From positions 134,160 to 198,159 of the forward strand of contig CAZKFZ010000002.1 of NCBI GenBank assembly GCA_964552475.1: DNA of 64,000 nucleotides, read 5' to 3'. Position 1 is the first letter of the stretch. Each line of letters begins with the position of its first letter. Positions 9,907-20,213 of the stretch are shown here, in pieces. Origin of the DNA: an uncultured Candidatus Saccharibacteria bacterium (GTDB taxonomy: Bacteria > Patescibacteriota > Saccharimonadia > CAILAD01 > BJGX01). Under the pieces are notes generated by a model that saw nothing but the letters and a program-made list of their open reading frames with translations, did no database searches and had not been told where the DNA came from. Both the position numbers and the translations under genes were made by a program.

Positions 9907-12110
9907 CCACTTTTTTGTGTAGCTGCTACTTTTGCACCAATCTTTCTGCTTTTCTCTTCAATAGATTTGGGCACACCACTAAGAGGTATGCTGAAACCAA
10001 AAGTACTACCCTTGCCCTCTGTGCTTTCAAAGATAATTTCGCCACCCTGGTCTTGCACTACTCTTTTCACTAAATACAAACCTAAGCCTGTACCGTCAGG
10101 ACGAGTGGCTTTGGCATTATTGGCTCGAAACATTTTTGTAAAGAGCTTTTTTTGAACAGCAGCCGGCACGCCAATACCATTATCCTTAACAGTAAAAACC
10201 ACTCTATCGTTATCTAGTTTAAGATCAACGTTTGCTTGGCCGCCACCCATTGGTGGTTGGCTATAGTGGATAGCATTGTCTACTAAATTCATGACTACCT
10301 GACGAGTCTTATTTTCATCGAGCCTAATATTTGGAATTTTTTTAGTTGGGGGTGAGTAATCAATTTTTACCTTTTTACTTTCTGCTAGCGACTTAAGTTG
10401 TTGAAGTTCTTGATCTACAAGGCAAGCCATATCAACCTCTGTAATCTCCAAAAAGAATCTATTGGCATCCATTCTACTAACGTTTAGAAGGTCGTCTATG
10501 AGTCGAGCCATTCTATTAGCACCATCTAGGGTGAGGTCTACTTTTTCACGTTGCTCTTTTGTAAGCTTACCAAAATCACCCTCTTCTAGCATACTAGCAT
10601 ATCCCTTTACGGTAGTTAACGGGGTTCTTAGTTGGTGAGATGCCATAGATATAAATTCGTCTTTGGCTTGATCAAGAATGCGTAATTGATCGTTGGCATT
10701 TCTTAGCTGTGCAGTGCGATCACGTACCTTTTGAGCTAATGTTTCACTAAATAACTGAATTTCTTTATAGCTAAGAGCATTTTGAATAGCGACACTAATC
10801 TCAGTGCCAAGCGTACGCAAAACATTAATGTCTTCAGCGTTAAATATATCTCCGCTCTTTTTTTGGCTCAGTAGCAAGTAGCCAATAAACTGCTCACTAG
10901 TATGAAGCGCTATGCTAATACTAATATCGTATCTTTGCATCAACTCTTTACGCTCACCTCCCACTACTTCATCTATAACTAGTAGAGTTCTTCCTAGTTT
11001 GCGTAACTCATTTTGAGTAATCTGGCTAGACTCATTAACAAAAACATTATTTTCGTAAAAAAGTTGCTTTTCACCAAATACTACAATCTCACCTTTTTCT
11101 ATCTTCATCTTATCGGTGATTTCTTTTACAACTTTTTGCGATACACTGTCTAGATCAATGTCGCTTGCTAATATTTTACCCACATTATTAACCAACTCTT
11201 GAGCATCGTATTTATCTCTATAAAATATGCGATTCGTTATTTTACTGAAATAACGAATTAGAGGCGTAAAAGTAAATGCCATAAGTATTGCTAAACTTAT
11301 ATCTATAGTTTGCTCTAGAGACCTTGATATTGATGGCAGCAAAATATCGAATAGTCTGAATGCTAATAAACCGTAAACAATCGCAATAACACCCACAGAT
11401 AATAAATATGTAAGTGCGCGAACAGCAATAAACTTAATATCAAAAAGTTTATGTTTAATAATGGCGTACCCAATAATAGATATAAACAAAAGAATAGATA
11501 TTGGTGTAACTATTTGTGCAGATGCCGATTGTGTAAAGAAAAAGGCGGCAATAAGATTAATTACAACTAATTGTAAAAAAGCAAATATTATCAAGTAGTT
11601 CGTTATACGCTCGTTTTTAGGTATTTTAAATGTATTAATAATTAGCAGCACTAAACCGTACAAAAAATACAAACCGACCAATACAACTCCTACCATATAC
11701 CATATCCCAGCGTCATTTGTAATAATTCCTGATGAATTGATGGTTACGCTCGTAATACCAAACTTAGTAATATTGGCAATAAATAATAACAAACAAGGTA
11801 TTAAGGTTATGATTAACCAGCTGCGATTATTCTTTTTACCGACATAGTCTCTTATAAACAAAACAAAAAAGTAACCTATAAATAATGAAATAGCTCCAGT
11901 AAGTTTAATAAAGTATAGGTTTAAAATACTATTAATGTTTAATTGTGCTAAACCCTGCAGAGAAAGCCAGGCTGCAACCGACATAGAAAGAAATGCAAAA
12001 TATAAAACGCCTTTACCGCTTTTTCTCACATACGACAAACCAGCAATAGCTAAAATACCCAATACTATTGGCAAATAAAGTGAAGACTGTAGAATGTATA
12101 AATTATGCAT
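9903..12110 (-). CDS. Sensor histidine kinase with polytopic (about 7-TM) N-terminal membrane domain. Orphan: no response regulator adjacent.
   Basis: HisKA H-box SHQLRTPLTTVKGYASML and HATPase_c N/G boxes (VKDNGIGVP, GTGLGLYLVKRVV). N-terminal 350 aa are hydrophobic with multiple TM helices. Confidence 0.85.
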   Translation of the reverse strand: MHNLYILQSSLYLPIVLGILAIAGLSYVRKSGKGVLYFAFLSMSVAAWLSLQGLAQLNINSILNLYFIKLTGAISLFIGYFFVLFIRDYVGKKNNRSWLIITLIPCLLLFIANITKFGITSVTINSSGIITNDAGIWYMVGVVLVGLYFLYGLVLLIINTFKIPKNERITNYLIIFAFLQLVVINLIAAFFFTQSASAQIVTPISILLFISIIGYAIIKHKLFDIKFIAVRALTYLLSVGVIAIVYGLLAFRLFDILLPSISRSLEQTIDISLAILMAFTFTPLIRYFSKITNRIFYRDKYDAQELVNNVGKILASDIDLDSVSQKVVKEITDKMKIEKGEIVVFGEKQLFYENNVFVNESSQITQNELRKLGRTLLVIDEVVGGERKELMQRYDISISIALHTSEQFIGYLLLSQKKSGDIFNAEDINVLRTLGTEISVAIQNALSYKEIQLFSETLAQKVRDRTAQLRNANDQLRILDQAKDEFISMASHQLRTPLTTVKGYASMLEEGDFGKLTKEQREKVDLTLDGANRMARLIDDLLNVSRMDANRFFLEITEVDMACLVDQELQQLKSLAESKKVKIDYSPPTKKIPNIRLDENKTRQVVMNLVDNAIHYSQPPMGGGQANVDLKLDNDRVVFTVKDNGIGVPAAVQKKLFTKMFRANNAKATRPDGTGLGLYLVKRVVQDQGGEIIFESTEGKGSTFGFSIPLSGVPKSIEEKSRKIGAKVAATQKSG

Positions 12111-12212
12111 CAGCCTTTTTACTAATCAATACGTTTGCTTTTGACTATCATATTCATATAGTCTTATTATATACATCATATCTTAAAAAGTCTTTTTAAA
12201 TCTGTAATACTT

Positions 12213-13142
12213 ATGAATGAATCCACTATTAAGCAGTTTCCCAACTTTTTACCAATTAGTTTAGACATGCATAGTGATATTGCGAAAATCACTTCAAGGT
12301 ACCCAAATTACCATGATTTCTCAATTGGTAATCTTTATTGCTGGGATACAGACAAATCTATAAAAGTATGTATACTTAATAACAACTTAGTTGTGCAGTT
12401 TGTTGACTATATAGACGAATCAAATCATTTCCTTTCTTTTTTAGGTAACAATAAAACTAACGAAACAGTAAAATTGTTACTTAAGTATAGTCAAGACAAA
12501 CTTGGAGTAGATTATCTTAGGTATGTTCCAGAGATATCAGTATCTGAACTAAATGATACTTTTACTAGAGAAGAGGTAAGAAATGACTTTGATTACATTT
12601 ACGACTTGAGTCAATATTCTAACGAGAAGCAATTACCAGACCATATAAGGCCTGAGTATAACTCATTTATTAATAAATATGGGGGTAGTGCAATTTTTAC
12701 AACCTACGAGTATATTCCCCAGGAACTAAACATCGCTTTACTAGAAATTTTTAGTACTTGGGAAAATAATAAAGCCGATACAATCAATCATGAACAAGAA
12801 AGAAAGGCTTTGATTAATATGATAAACTTCCCCCAGGAAAAGGCGAACTTTTGGACATTAATACTTTACGACAACGAAAAGCCAATTGGGTTTACTATCA
12901 ACGAGATTACTACCAACAAAGAGTTTGCTATTGGCCATTTCTGTAAAGCAGATATTAACTACAAAAGAATATTTGATTTTCTGACGGTAGAAGCCTTTAT
13001 AAAACTATCAAAACTAGGTGTGAAGTTTTTTAATATGGAGCCAGACTTGGGTATAGAGGGTCTTCGTAATAACAAGCTAGAAAAACAGCCATCTGGGTTC
13101 CTTAAAAAATACACAGTTAAATTAAAAAAGACTAGATACTAG
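12213..13142 (+). CDS. Hypothetical protein, probable DUF2156/LPG_synthase_C-like (MprF C-terminal, aminoacyl-tRNA-dependent transferase fold)
   Basis: Size of about 300 aa and sequence pattern (SIGNLYCWDTDKSIKV..., tandem GNAT-like halves) resemble DUF2156 proteins. Assignment is from memory of the family profile, not a search. Confidence 0.45.
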   Translation: MNESTIKQFPNFLPISLDMHSDIAKITSRYPNYHDFSIGNLYCWDTDKSIKVCILNNNLVVQFVDYIDESNHFLSFLGNNKTNETVKLLLKYSQDKLGVDYLRYVPEISVSELNDTFTREEVRNDFDYIYDLSQYSNEKQLPDHIRPEYNSFINKYGGSAIFTTYEYIPQELNIALLEIFSTWENNKADTINHEQERKALINMINFPQEKANFWTLILYDNEKPIGFTINEITTNKEFAIGHFCKADINYKRIFDFLTVEAFIKLSKLGVKFFNMEPDLGIEGLRNNKLEKQPSGFLKKYTVKLKKTRY

Positions 13143-13152
13143 TCTTTATATT
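13124..13152. terminator. Bidirectional rho-independent terminator between convergent genes
   Basis: Hairpin AAAAAGACTAG-ATA-CTAGTCTTTATATTT: 7-bp GC/AT stem with A/T-rich flanks on both strands, overlapping the stop codon of the plus-strand gene. Confidence 0.5.
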
Positions 13153-14351
13153 TAGTTTATGGCTAATAACCCATATAAGGTGTTGTCTATTCTAACAGGT
13201 GTTTCTACTTCCATTTCACCGCTGTTCGAAATATACCCCTCTACAATACTAGGTATGTATTGTTCTGAAAGATTAGTTGTTTCAAACATTACAGCAAATT
13301 TCTTGCCAGTTTTTGCCATTATTTTAGCAACAAATGTTATTGTTGGTTCGGAATATCCACCGATACTATCAGCTTTTGCAACTATACCAGGAAAGAAGAA
13401 AGGAACTTCGTCTTGTTCAATATGTTCTTTGATAAACTCTTCTCTTAACCATACCTCTGCGTTTGGATCAAGAACTCCATAAGTCCAGCATACTGGCTCT
13501 GAAGAAACAAAATATACACAAACAACAGTCTGTGGGTTGCGCAACAACTCTACAAATTCATGCTTATTCTCTTCCATAGATATTGGATGATTCTCGCCTA
13601 ACCACTCAAAACGATTTTGGTAAATATCCCAAAGTTGGTCGACAAGTTCATCGGGAATCTCTTGACCTTTAAGTAGGGTCGCACCATCATTTGGAAATTT
13701 TTCAAACTCACCTTGATCGCAAGCTTCGCTAAAAGCTTCATAGATATCGTTAGGTCGTTCTTCTATAGTATCTTGACCATCAAGTGACTCGATACTAGTA
13801 AGTACAACTTTATAGTAGTTAATACTCACATTTCTATAAGCTTCTTCTGCTCGAGAGTCCTGTAGTGAAACCTCGTGATATTGTACTCCTGATTGCGTAA
13901 GAAGGTCTAATAATTCTTGTTGTGTCACTGCGTCAGCTTCTACGAAATCAAAAAATATTGCACATTTTTCTTTTCGTAATTTACTAAGCTCGGCAATTAG
14001 TTTCTCTTTTGTTGGGCCATCCTGTATTGAATTAGGTGGTAAACAGAAATAGTATATATCTTTAATATCTTCACCTATACTAGTCCGTGCAATCTCAGAA
14101 CATCTCTGGGCATCGTAGCCTGCAGCATACTTAATTGGAGTCAAGACTGGAATAATGTTTTTGCCTATATTTACTATGGTAGTTCTTGGGTCTCTGATAG
14201 AAGCCATTGCTAGATCTTTATCTAGCAAGCCGACCTTTCTCACGCCTAGAGCTTGTTCGTCACAAACACGCCTATATTCTTCCCAACTAAATCCATTCAG
14301 ACCTTCGGTTTCAGAAGAATCGGGGTTAATAATTATCGGTTCTGTTGCCAT
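13152..14351 (-). CDS. Hypothetical 399-aa cytoplasmic protein of unknown function, translationally adjacent to a PLP decarboxylase
   Basis: Long uninterrupted ORF with normal composition. No motif I can assign. 13-nt gap to the upstream decarboxylase gene suggests co-transcription. Confidence 0.6.
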   Translation of the reverse strand: MATEPIIINPDSSETEGLNGFSWEEYRRVCDEQALGVRKVGLLDKDLAMASIRDPRTTIVNIGKNIIPVLTPIKYAAGYDAQRCSEIARTSIGEDIKDIYYFCLPPNSIQDGPTKEKLIAELSKLRKEKCAIFFDFVEADAVTQQELLDLLTQSGVQYHEVSLQDSRAEEAYRNVSINYYKVVLTSIESLDGQDTIEERPNDIYEAFSEACDQGEFEKFPNDGATLLKGQEIPDELVDQLWDIYQNRFEWLGENHPISMEENKHEFVELLRNPQTVVCVYFVSSEPVCWTYGVLDPNAEVWLREEFIKEHIEQDEVPFFFPGIVAKADSIGGYSEPTITFVAKIMAKTGKKFAVMFETTNLSEQYIPSIVEGYISNSGEMEVETPVRIDNTLYGLLAIN

Positions 14352-14363
14352 TCTTATATCCTT

Positions 14364-15524
14364 TCAAACATAGTAAACTTTAGGTGGACCAAAACCATTA
14401 AATGAAGATGCATAGCTCAACGTATAAGCACCCGCTGAACCAATATATATATGGTCGTCTATTGTGAGATTTTTTGCAAGTTGAATACTCTCAAACATAG
14501 TGTCTAAACTATCACAAGTTGGACCGGTTAATACATAGTTAAGCTTAGACTTACCATCGACCGAAATGTCTTTTGATGTTCTTAGTGGATAAACGAGAGA
14601 ACCTTGTGTAGAAGTAGTCTCTATGAGTCCATTATATGCACCAATATCTAAGTATAACCAATTCCTACCGCCTCTAATTGTTCTGCTAAGAACCGATGTA
14701 ACAATTAGGCCTGCCTCGGCTACCAAACATCGGCCGGGTTCAGCAGCTATTTTGACTTTGTATGGTAAATACTTTTTTATTGCATTATTTATAACAATAG
14801 ATATTTCATCTATTTCTGGTACATCTTCGGTGTACTTGGCTGGGAATCCACCGCCAATATCTAGCATATCGATCTTAATATTCTTTCGATTTAGTTCCTC
14901 CATTAAACTACCTATTGTTTGAATAGCAAAATCCCAACTATTTACTTCGGTTGATTGTGAACCTATGTGAAAAGTCAACCCATAAGCTTGTAGCCCAAGT
15001 GAAATTGCATACTCAAAGAGCTCGACAACCTCGCGTGGTGGTGCACCAAACTTTTGCGAAAGCGGCCATTTAGAGCCAAGGTCGCTCACAGCCACTCTTA
15101 CGTATACCTTAGAGTTGGGTGCATTTTTCGATACTTTTTCTACCTCGCTAAAGCAGTCTACCGAAAATCTATCCACTCCTAAATCGAAGGTTTTTTTAAT
15201 ATCCTCCGTTGATTTAACGGGCGCACTATATAATATCCTCGATGGTGTTACACCAACTTTTTCTTTAAGTAAAATAGCCTCATTGTAAGAAGCTATTTCA
15301 AATCCAGACCCAAGTTCGTGTAGTCTTTTTAGTACGCCAATTTCAGGATTACACTTAACTGCGTAGTGAATATTAAGTTCTTTAAAGTAAGTTTTAAACT
15401 CTTTGTAGCGGTCTGTAAGCCTATTTAAATCGATAAGTAAATAAGGAGTTTTGTGGTTTATTTTTTTCAGGTATTGATATGTAAACGGGTCAAGAGAATT
15501 ATTTTTAGTTTTCGTAGTTTTCAT
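14364..15524 (-). CDS. PLP-dependent decarboxylase, Orn/DAP/Arg decarboxylase family (fold III). Diaminopimelate or ornithine/lysine decarboxylase.
   Basis: HYAVKCNPEIGVLKRLHELGSGFEIAS (PLP-binding Lys region), DIGGGFPAKY and EPGRCLVAEAG motifs of the alanine-racemase-fold decarboxylases. Cannot discriminate LysA from ODC by eye. Confidence 0.8.
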   Translation of the reverse strand: MKTTKTKNNSLDPFTYQYLKKINHKTPYLLIDLNRLTDRYKEFKTYFKELNIHYAVKCNPEIGVLKRLHELGSGFEIASYNEAILLKEKVGVTPSRILYSAPVKSTEDIKKTFDLGVDRFSVDCFSEVEKVSKNAPNSKVYVRVAVSDLGSKWPLSQKFGAPPREVVELFEYAISLGLQAYGLTFHIGSQSTEVNSWDFAIQTIGSLMEELNRKNIKIDMLDIGGGFPAKYTEDVPEIDEISIVINNAIKKYLPYKVKIAAEPGRCLVAEAGLIVTSVLSRTIRGGRNWLYLDIGAYNGLIETTSTQGSLVYPLRTSKDISVDGKSKLNYVLTGPTCDSLDTMFESIQLAKNLTIDDHIYIGSAGAYTLSYASSFNGFGPPKVYYV

Positions 15525-15643
15525 ATATCATTTTATTATAGATTGAATGAGTTGAAATGTGAAACGGAGATCAATTCCGATGATGATTGAAATGCTTCTG
15601 TACACTCAGCGGTTTATGAACTTGGGGGTTGGTGATAGTTTCA

Positions 15644-15937
15644 CTAAGTAGTCTGATTTTCTTGCATTAATCTAATATTGGCTTTTACCATCTGCCACTT
15701 TGCATCTCGATAGTATTTTGGAGTATCTCCACGATCTAATTCTACTAACATATCGAATGTTTCAGAAAATAACTCGCTAAAATTACTACCTTCGTTATAT
15801 TTGTCGAAGAAACTACTTGTAGCAACCGACACCATATTGGCTAATACCTGACTCTCGTTCGAACTATTCAAAGCATTTAGCTGATCTTGCCAGAAATTTA
15901 TAAAGTCATTCATGGATTGAAGTTGATTTGGTTTCAT
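15644..15937 (-). CDS. Hypothetical protein (97 aa)
   Basis: ORF only. No recognisable domain. Confidence 0.45.
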   Translation of the reverse strand: MKPNQLQSMNDFINFWQDQLNALNSSNESQVLANMVSVATSSFFDKYNEGSNFSELFSETFDMLVELDRGDTPKYYRDAKWQMVKANIRLMQENQTT

Positions 15938-15994
15938 AATATATAATAATTAAATAAAATAGGCAGTTTCAGACATGCCTAGGTCTAATACGGG

Positions 15995-16177
15995 TTAGGT
16001 TGCTGAACGCCCGTATGTGGTATCACCGGTGTCGCTAATAGCGACATGGGTGTGGTTTCCACCATCTGCCTTGTCGGCAATGATGAACTCGGTCTGTGCT
16101 TGGCCAGTATCACGGTTTTCACCGCTCTTGACCATAGTAACCGTATCTTTGGTTTCATCTTGCTTAAACCAGCCCAT
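15995..16177 (-). CDS. Possible small hydrophilic protein (60 aa, Gly/Asp/Thr-rich) with a good RBS
   Basis: AGGAAAGCC precedes the ATG on the minus strand. Lies in a 450-nt otherwise ORF-poor gap. Overlapping ORFs on other frames look spurious. Confidence 0.3.
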   Translation of the reverse strand: MGWFKQDETKDTVTMVKSGENRDTGQAQTEFIIADKADGGNHTHVAISDTGDTTYGRSAT

Positions 16178-16394
16178 GGCTTTCCTTTCTGGTATGCCAA
16201 TATACGGACTTCGGGCTTGAATAGGTACCGCTGGTAAATTTTACCTACACCAATCTTGCCAAAGACGGTCTAGGTAATAAAAGTAAAAAACACCCGCTAG
16301 ATATCATTTAGAAATCTTGCAAGGTGCTTTTTACCCCAGACGCTTAAATTTTATTATCATAAGTTTTAGATGTCAAGCATTTACATTTTAATTT

Positions 16395-17681
16395 TTATCC
16401 AAAATATCGTTCAGTCACTTTTTGATAAGCAAACTTATCAATGTTATTACCCACTAGCGACAGAATCCAACTGCCTTTTTTTACAAAAGTTTTGTTTAAG
16501 GCCACAATATCCGAAGGCTTTAGCTTATTTATAAGCTTTACAAACTCGTCGGGTCCTACTAAATTATCGCCATCTACAAACATACCTTCATAGTAATAAC
16601 CCAATTCTTCAGCCCTATCGTAGCTTCGTTCAAACCGGCCACGAATAAAACCCACCGCTCTTTCAAATTCTTTTTTTGTAAAATTACCTTTTAATATGTC
16701 TTGTAGTTCACGCAAGCATAATTCGTACAGAGCAAAGGCTTTACTGTCTTCTGTTTGATCAGAAAAACCAAAAGTACTAATTTCTTTATCTAGGCTGTAA
16801 CCCACCGACACACCATAACTAAGCCCGGCCGAACGCGCCTTATCGTGCAATCTAGAAAACTCACCCACCCCGTACATTATTCTCAACACTCGCATGGCAG
16901 CATCTATAGAAATATCGTACTTGGGTTGCAACAAATCAAAGCTTATGTTTGTTTGTCCTTCAAACTTTGGTTTTTGCACACTGATTGTTTTTACTGCCGA
17001 CAAATTTATGGTTTTTTTGTAAGGCGTTTCTTGGCCAACAGCAATACTAGACAAATTGTTGTTTATCCTATTTACAAGACCCTCTTTTGAGTTAGTTGTA
17101 AAATCGCCTGCTACAATAATAGCTAAATTATTTAGTACGTGGTATTTTTTGTGATAGCTCTTAATATCTTGTAAGCTAATATTTTGAAGAGTCTCTATTC
17201 GGTCAGGTATTGGTAGAGAATGTTTAGCAAGTTTTAGATATACACCATTATAGCCACAACGGGATCTGTCGGTGGTAAGCTTGCGCGATAGTTCACTTTT
17301 TATAACTTCTTTTTCACTCTCTAGGTCTGCTTGTTTAAAGATTGGCGAGCTCAACTGACCACATGCAATATCCACTATACGTCTATACTCCTTTATTGAT
17401 GATTCGTATATATAATTTATAGTGTTGTCTGAAGTTGTAGCATTGGTGTATGCACCATCTTTTTCTACCTCGTAGGCAAATGCCATCTTGCTTGGTAGCA
17501 TCTTTGTGCCATTAAATGCCAGGTGTTCTAGTAGGTGAGCAATTTCAAATTTGTCTTTGGGAGTATATTTAGTACCACCTCTTACAAATGTACTAAATAA
17601 AAACCCCGATGCGCCGGGAGTATTTACCAGCAACAATTTGCTGCCGCCTTTTAAGTTGATTATTTCAGTGCTATGTTTCAT
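16395..17681 (-). CDS. M16 family zinc metallopeptidase (pitrilysin/insulinase-like)
   Basis: Inverted zinc-binding motif HLLEHLAF (HxxEH) near the N-terminus. About 430 aa is typical of M16B-type subunits. Confidence 0.8.
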   Translation of the reverse strand: MKHSTEIINLKGGSKLLLVNTPGASGFLFSTFVRGGTKYTPKDKFEIAHLLEHLAFNGTKMLPSKMAFAYEVEKDGAYTNATTSDNTINYIYESSIKEYRRIVDIACGQLSSPIFKQADLESEKEVIKSELSRKLTTDRSRCGYNGVYLKLAKHSLPIPDRIETLQNISLQDIKSYHKKYHVLNNLAIIVAGDFTTNSKEGLVNRINNNLSSIAVGQETPYKKTINLSAVKTISVQKPKFEGQTNISFDLLQPKYDISIDAAMRVLRIMYGVGEFSRLHDKARSAGLSYGVSVGYSLDKEISTFGFSDQTEDSKAFALYELCLRELQDILKGNFTKKEFERAVGFIRGRFERSYDRAEELGYYYEGMFVDGDNLVGPDEFVKLINKLKPSDIVALNKTFVKKGSWILSLVGNNIDKFAYQKVTERYFG

Positions 17682-17707
17682 ATTTAGCCTTCTTAATTAA
17701 GATATTA

Positions 17708-17995
17708 TTATAACTTTACTATTGTGCTAATGTTGTCGTTTTCACTTGCTTTGTTTATTTTAGAATAACCACACTTAATGCAGGTGTGTTTGAGAGTATA
17801 TTTATCAGCTTTTACTGTGTCTAAACTAGGTTTCATGAGACCACAGCATTTACTAGCTCTATCTCCTGGATTATTGTCTACATGTTTAGACCAAAGACAT
17901 TCTGAACAATGGTTAGTGTAGCCGTTACCCTCTACAAAATGCCCGCACTTATCACAATTAAAATTTTCTTTGGTGCGTTTAAAACTTTGTGTCAC
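17708..17995 (-). CDS. RNHCP-domain zinc-ribbon protein
   Basis: FNCDKCGHFV...GYTNHCSECLWSKHVD plus CIKCGYSKI. Cys clusters match the RNHCP domain pattern. Confidence 0.55.
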   Translation of the reverse strand: MTQSFKRTKENFNCDKCGHFVEGNGYTNHCSECLWSKHVDNNPGDRASKCCGLMKPSLDTVKADKYTLKHTCIKCGYSKINKASENDNISTIVKL

Positions 17996-19241
17996 TTTTT
18001 ATATCAGCAATATTTACTAACTTAAGTTCAAATCCTTCTGTGCGACTACGTATCTCAACGCAACCTTGTTCTAACGATTTTTTAGATACAACTATTTGTA
18101 TTGGACAACCTATTAAATCGGCATCGGCAAACTTTTGGCCTGCAGAAGCATCATCTCTATCGTCGTATAGACAATTCTGGGTACCTAAGGTCTTGTACAG
18201 TTTCTGAGCAACTTCAAAATTATTCTTATCGGCCAAAGCTACAATATGAAACTTAAAAGGCGCAATGCTTTCTGGCCATACTAGGCCTTTATCATCGCTA
18301 AGTTTTTCAGTAACAACACCCATAAGTCTAGAAATACCAATACCGTAGCTACCCATCCAAACTAATCCCTTTTTATTGTCTTTATCGGTATAATAATAAT
18401 CTAGAGCTTTTGAAAATTTTGTGCCTAGTGGAAATATATTGCCAACTTCACTAGCACTTACAATTTCTAGGTTACTAAAATCTACACCCAACTTCTTAGC
18501 ATCGGCCGGTGTTGTTACCTCTTTGTTGTAGGCAATTTTATTCTTTCTATCTAAGTAAATAGTGTCTTCACCTTCTTCTAGTAAAGTCTGAAATTCGTGA
18601 GAGTAGTTGGTGGTAAAATCACCACCCGAAGCGTAAGTAAGAAATGTATCGTCACCTATACCCAATTTTTCATACACACCTTTGTATACAATCTTCATAT
18701 TCTCATAAAATTCCATAAGACTTTTTTCTGAAGTGTGAAAACTATATAAATCTTTCATAATAAATTCTCTACCTCGCAATACTCCAGACTTAGCTCGAGG
18801 TTCGTTTCTAAACTTATTCTGAATTTGATAGGTAGAAAACGGAAAGTCCTTGTAACTATTACGGAAATGTTTGGCAATTGGCGTAATAACGTCTTCATGT
18901 GTTGGGTTGAGGATATATTCGGCATCGTTTTTAGCTAACGCTAGTTTATTAGCGCCTTTGGTGCCAATAAGAACATCTATAGTTTCTAGTCTGTCAGTAT
19001 TATGCCAGCGTTCGGTAGGTGAAAGAGATGGTAATAATGTTTCTGTAGATACAACATCCATTGCCTCCCTAACAATTGTGCTGATTTTTTGTATTACTTT
19101 TAGGCCGAGTGGTAAATAAGCATAAACTCCAGCCATTTCTTGATATATAAATCCAGCCCTTGTAAGAAGTTGGGCGTTTTTTGACTCTGTTTGAGTAGAT
19201 ACATCTTTAGATGTTTTTGTATATAGCTGTGAGAGTTTCAT
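17979..19241 (-). CDS. proS: Prolyl-tRNA synthetase, short form lacking the bacterial INS editing domain
   Basis: Class II motifs (FRNEPRAKSGVLRGREFIMKDLYSF) and N-terminal MKLSQLYTKT...LLTRAGFI typical of ProRS. 420 aa is too short to hold the insertion editing domain. Confidence 0.88.
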   Translation of the reverse strand: MKLSQLYTKTSKDVSTQTESKNAQLLTRAGFIYQEMAGVYAYLPLGLKVIQKISTIVREAMDVVSTETLLPSLSPTERWHNTDRLETIDVLIGTKGANKLALAKNDAEYILNPTHEDVITPIAKHFRNSYKDFPFSTYQIQNKFRNEPRAKSGVLRGREFIMKDLYSFHTSEKSLMEFYENMKIVYKGVYEKLGIGDDTFLTYASGGDFTTNYSHEFQTLLEEGEDTIYLDRKNKIAYNKEVTTPADAKKLGVDFSNLEIVSASEVGNIFPLGTKFSKALDYYYTDKDNKKGLVWMGSYGIGISRLMGVVTEKLSDDKGLVWPESIAPFKFHIVALADKNNFEVAQKLYKTLGTQNCLYDDRDDASAGQKFADADLIGCPIQIVVSKKSLEQGCVEIRSRTEGFELKLVNIADIKSDTKF

Positions 19242-19249
19242 GTCTGAAA

Positions 19250-19971
19250 TTATATCATAGTCTCTTCTGGTTCGCTTAAAACAAACCCTTTGTACCCCTT
19301 GCGTGCTCTGTAGCGAGGTAAAAATGGTATTATATCTAAGCTTTTTATCCGCTCAAAACTCTGGGCATTTTTTGGAACCATTGCACTTGCTGGAATTCTG
19401 TCATTGCAAGTGAATATATTACGTCGTATTTGTGTATTATTTTTACCTTTTAATAAATTTACTATAGCTTTCTCTAAGTCTTTAATAGCCTTACTGCTTC
19501 GACAATACTTATAGTGATACTCTAAAGAAATGGATTGTTTGAACTGACCTATGAGTGAACCAAAACTTGATTGCATATATACAATATTTTTGACTTGCAA
19601 TTGATTAATTATTTGCTTAGTACCATTGCTTTGGTTGGTAATTATTGGCACGAGCCCCTCACTATTACCAGTGGTGTGTATATCAATAATATAGCTATTA
19701 GGGTCAATAGTATGAAGTAGTTTTTTAGCTAGTTTCTCTTCGTGGTTGCCATTAATACTCCCTGGGAATGATCTGTTTAGATCACCATCTATACCACGAC
19801 GACGTTTGTTGAGTGCCTCGGTATTTGCCAGTATAAGTGTGAGGCCTGGGTAGATATTTATGTGTTTGGCAAAGTGATTAAACACTGTTCGACCAAAAAA
19901 CTCATCACCATGTACACCACCAATGAGTGTAACCTTATATTTACTTGAATTGTTGTTTTGTAATTTTTTCA
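19250..19971 (-). CDS. Succinylglutamate desuccinylase/aspartoacylase (AstE/AspA) family zinc deacylase. Start set at MKKLQ (ATG about 19969-19971). The track ORF extends to 20050.
   Basis: TLIGGVHGDE and IDIHT motifs of the AstE_AspA/M14-like family. The longer N-terminal extension would overlap a 12-bp perfect hairpin and the T-box leader. Confidence 0.65.
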
Positions 19972-20148
19972 TAATGTTTTTACTTAAGCATGGTTGTGGT
20001 GTTGCAGGGGTGGGCTTTAATAGCCCACCCCTGCTTACGTCGGCCAGCATGGGGCCGTTCCATAGCTATCACCAGTCGCCGCTCATAGCTGCCTTTCCTG
20101 AGTGTCGGGGCGACACTCATAGTTGGTGAACTTTGCGAGATTTAGTTT

Positions 20149-20213
20149 GAATAAAAAATCCCGCCCCTATCACACATCAAAAGATGTGAGACAAGGGCGG
20201 GATTCTAAGTTAA
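20149..20213 (-). terminator. Intrinsic terminator of the T-box expression platform
   Basis: 10-bp GC-rich stem (AATCCCGCCC/GGGCGGGATT) with internal hairpin CACATC-TTTT-GATGTG, followed by TTTTTTATT. Confidence 0.6.

Noticed and set aside
20005-20035. Perfect 12-bp hairpin GCAGGGGTGGGC-TTTAATA-GCCCACCCCTGC considered as a terminator.
   Set aside because: Not followed by a T-tract on either strand. Kept only as a 5'-UTR structure of the T-box-regulated operon, and as the reason to prefer the shorter start for the AstE-like gene.
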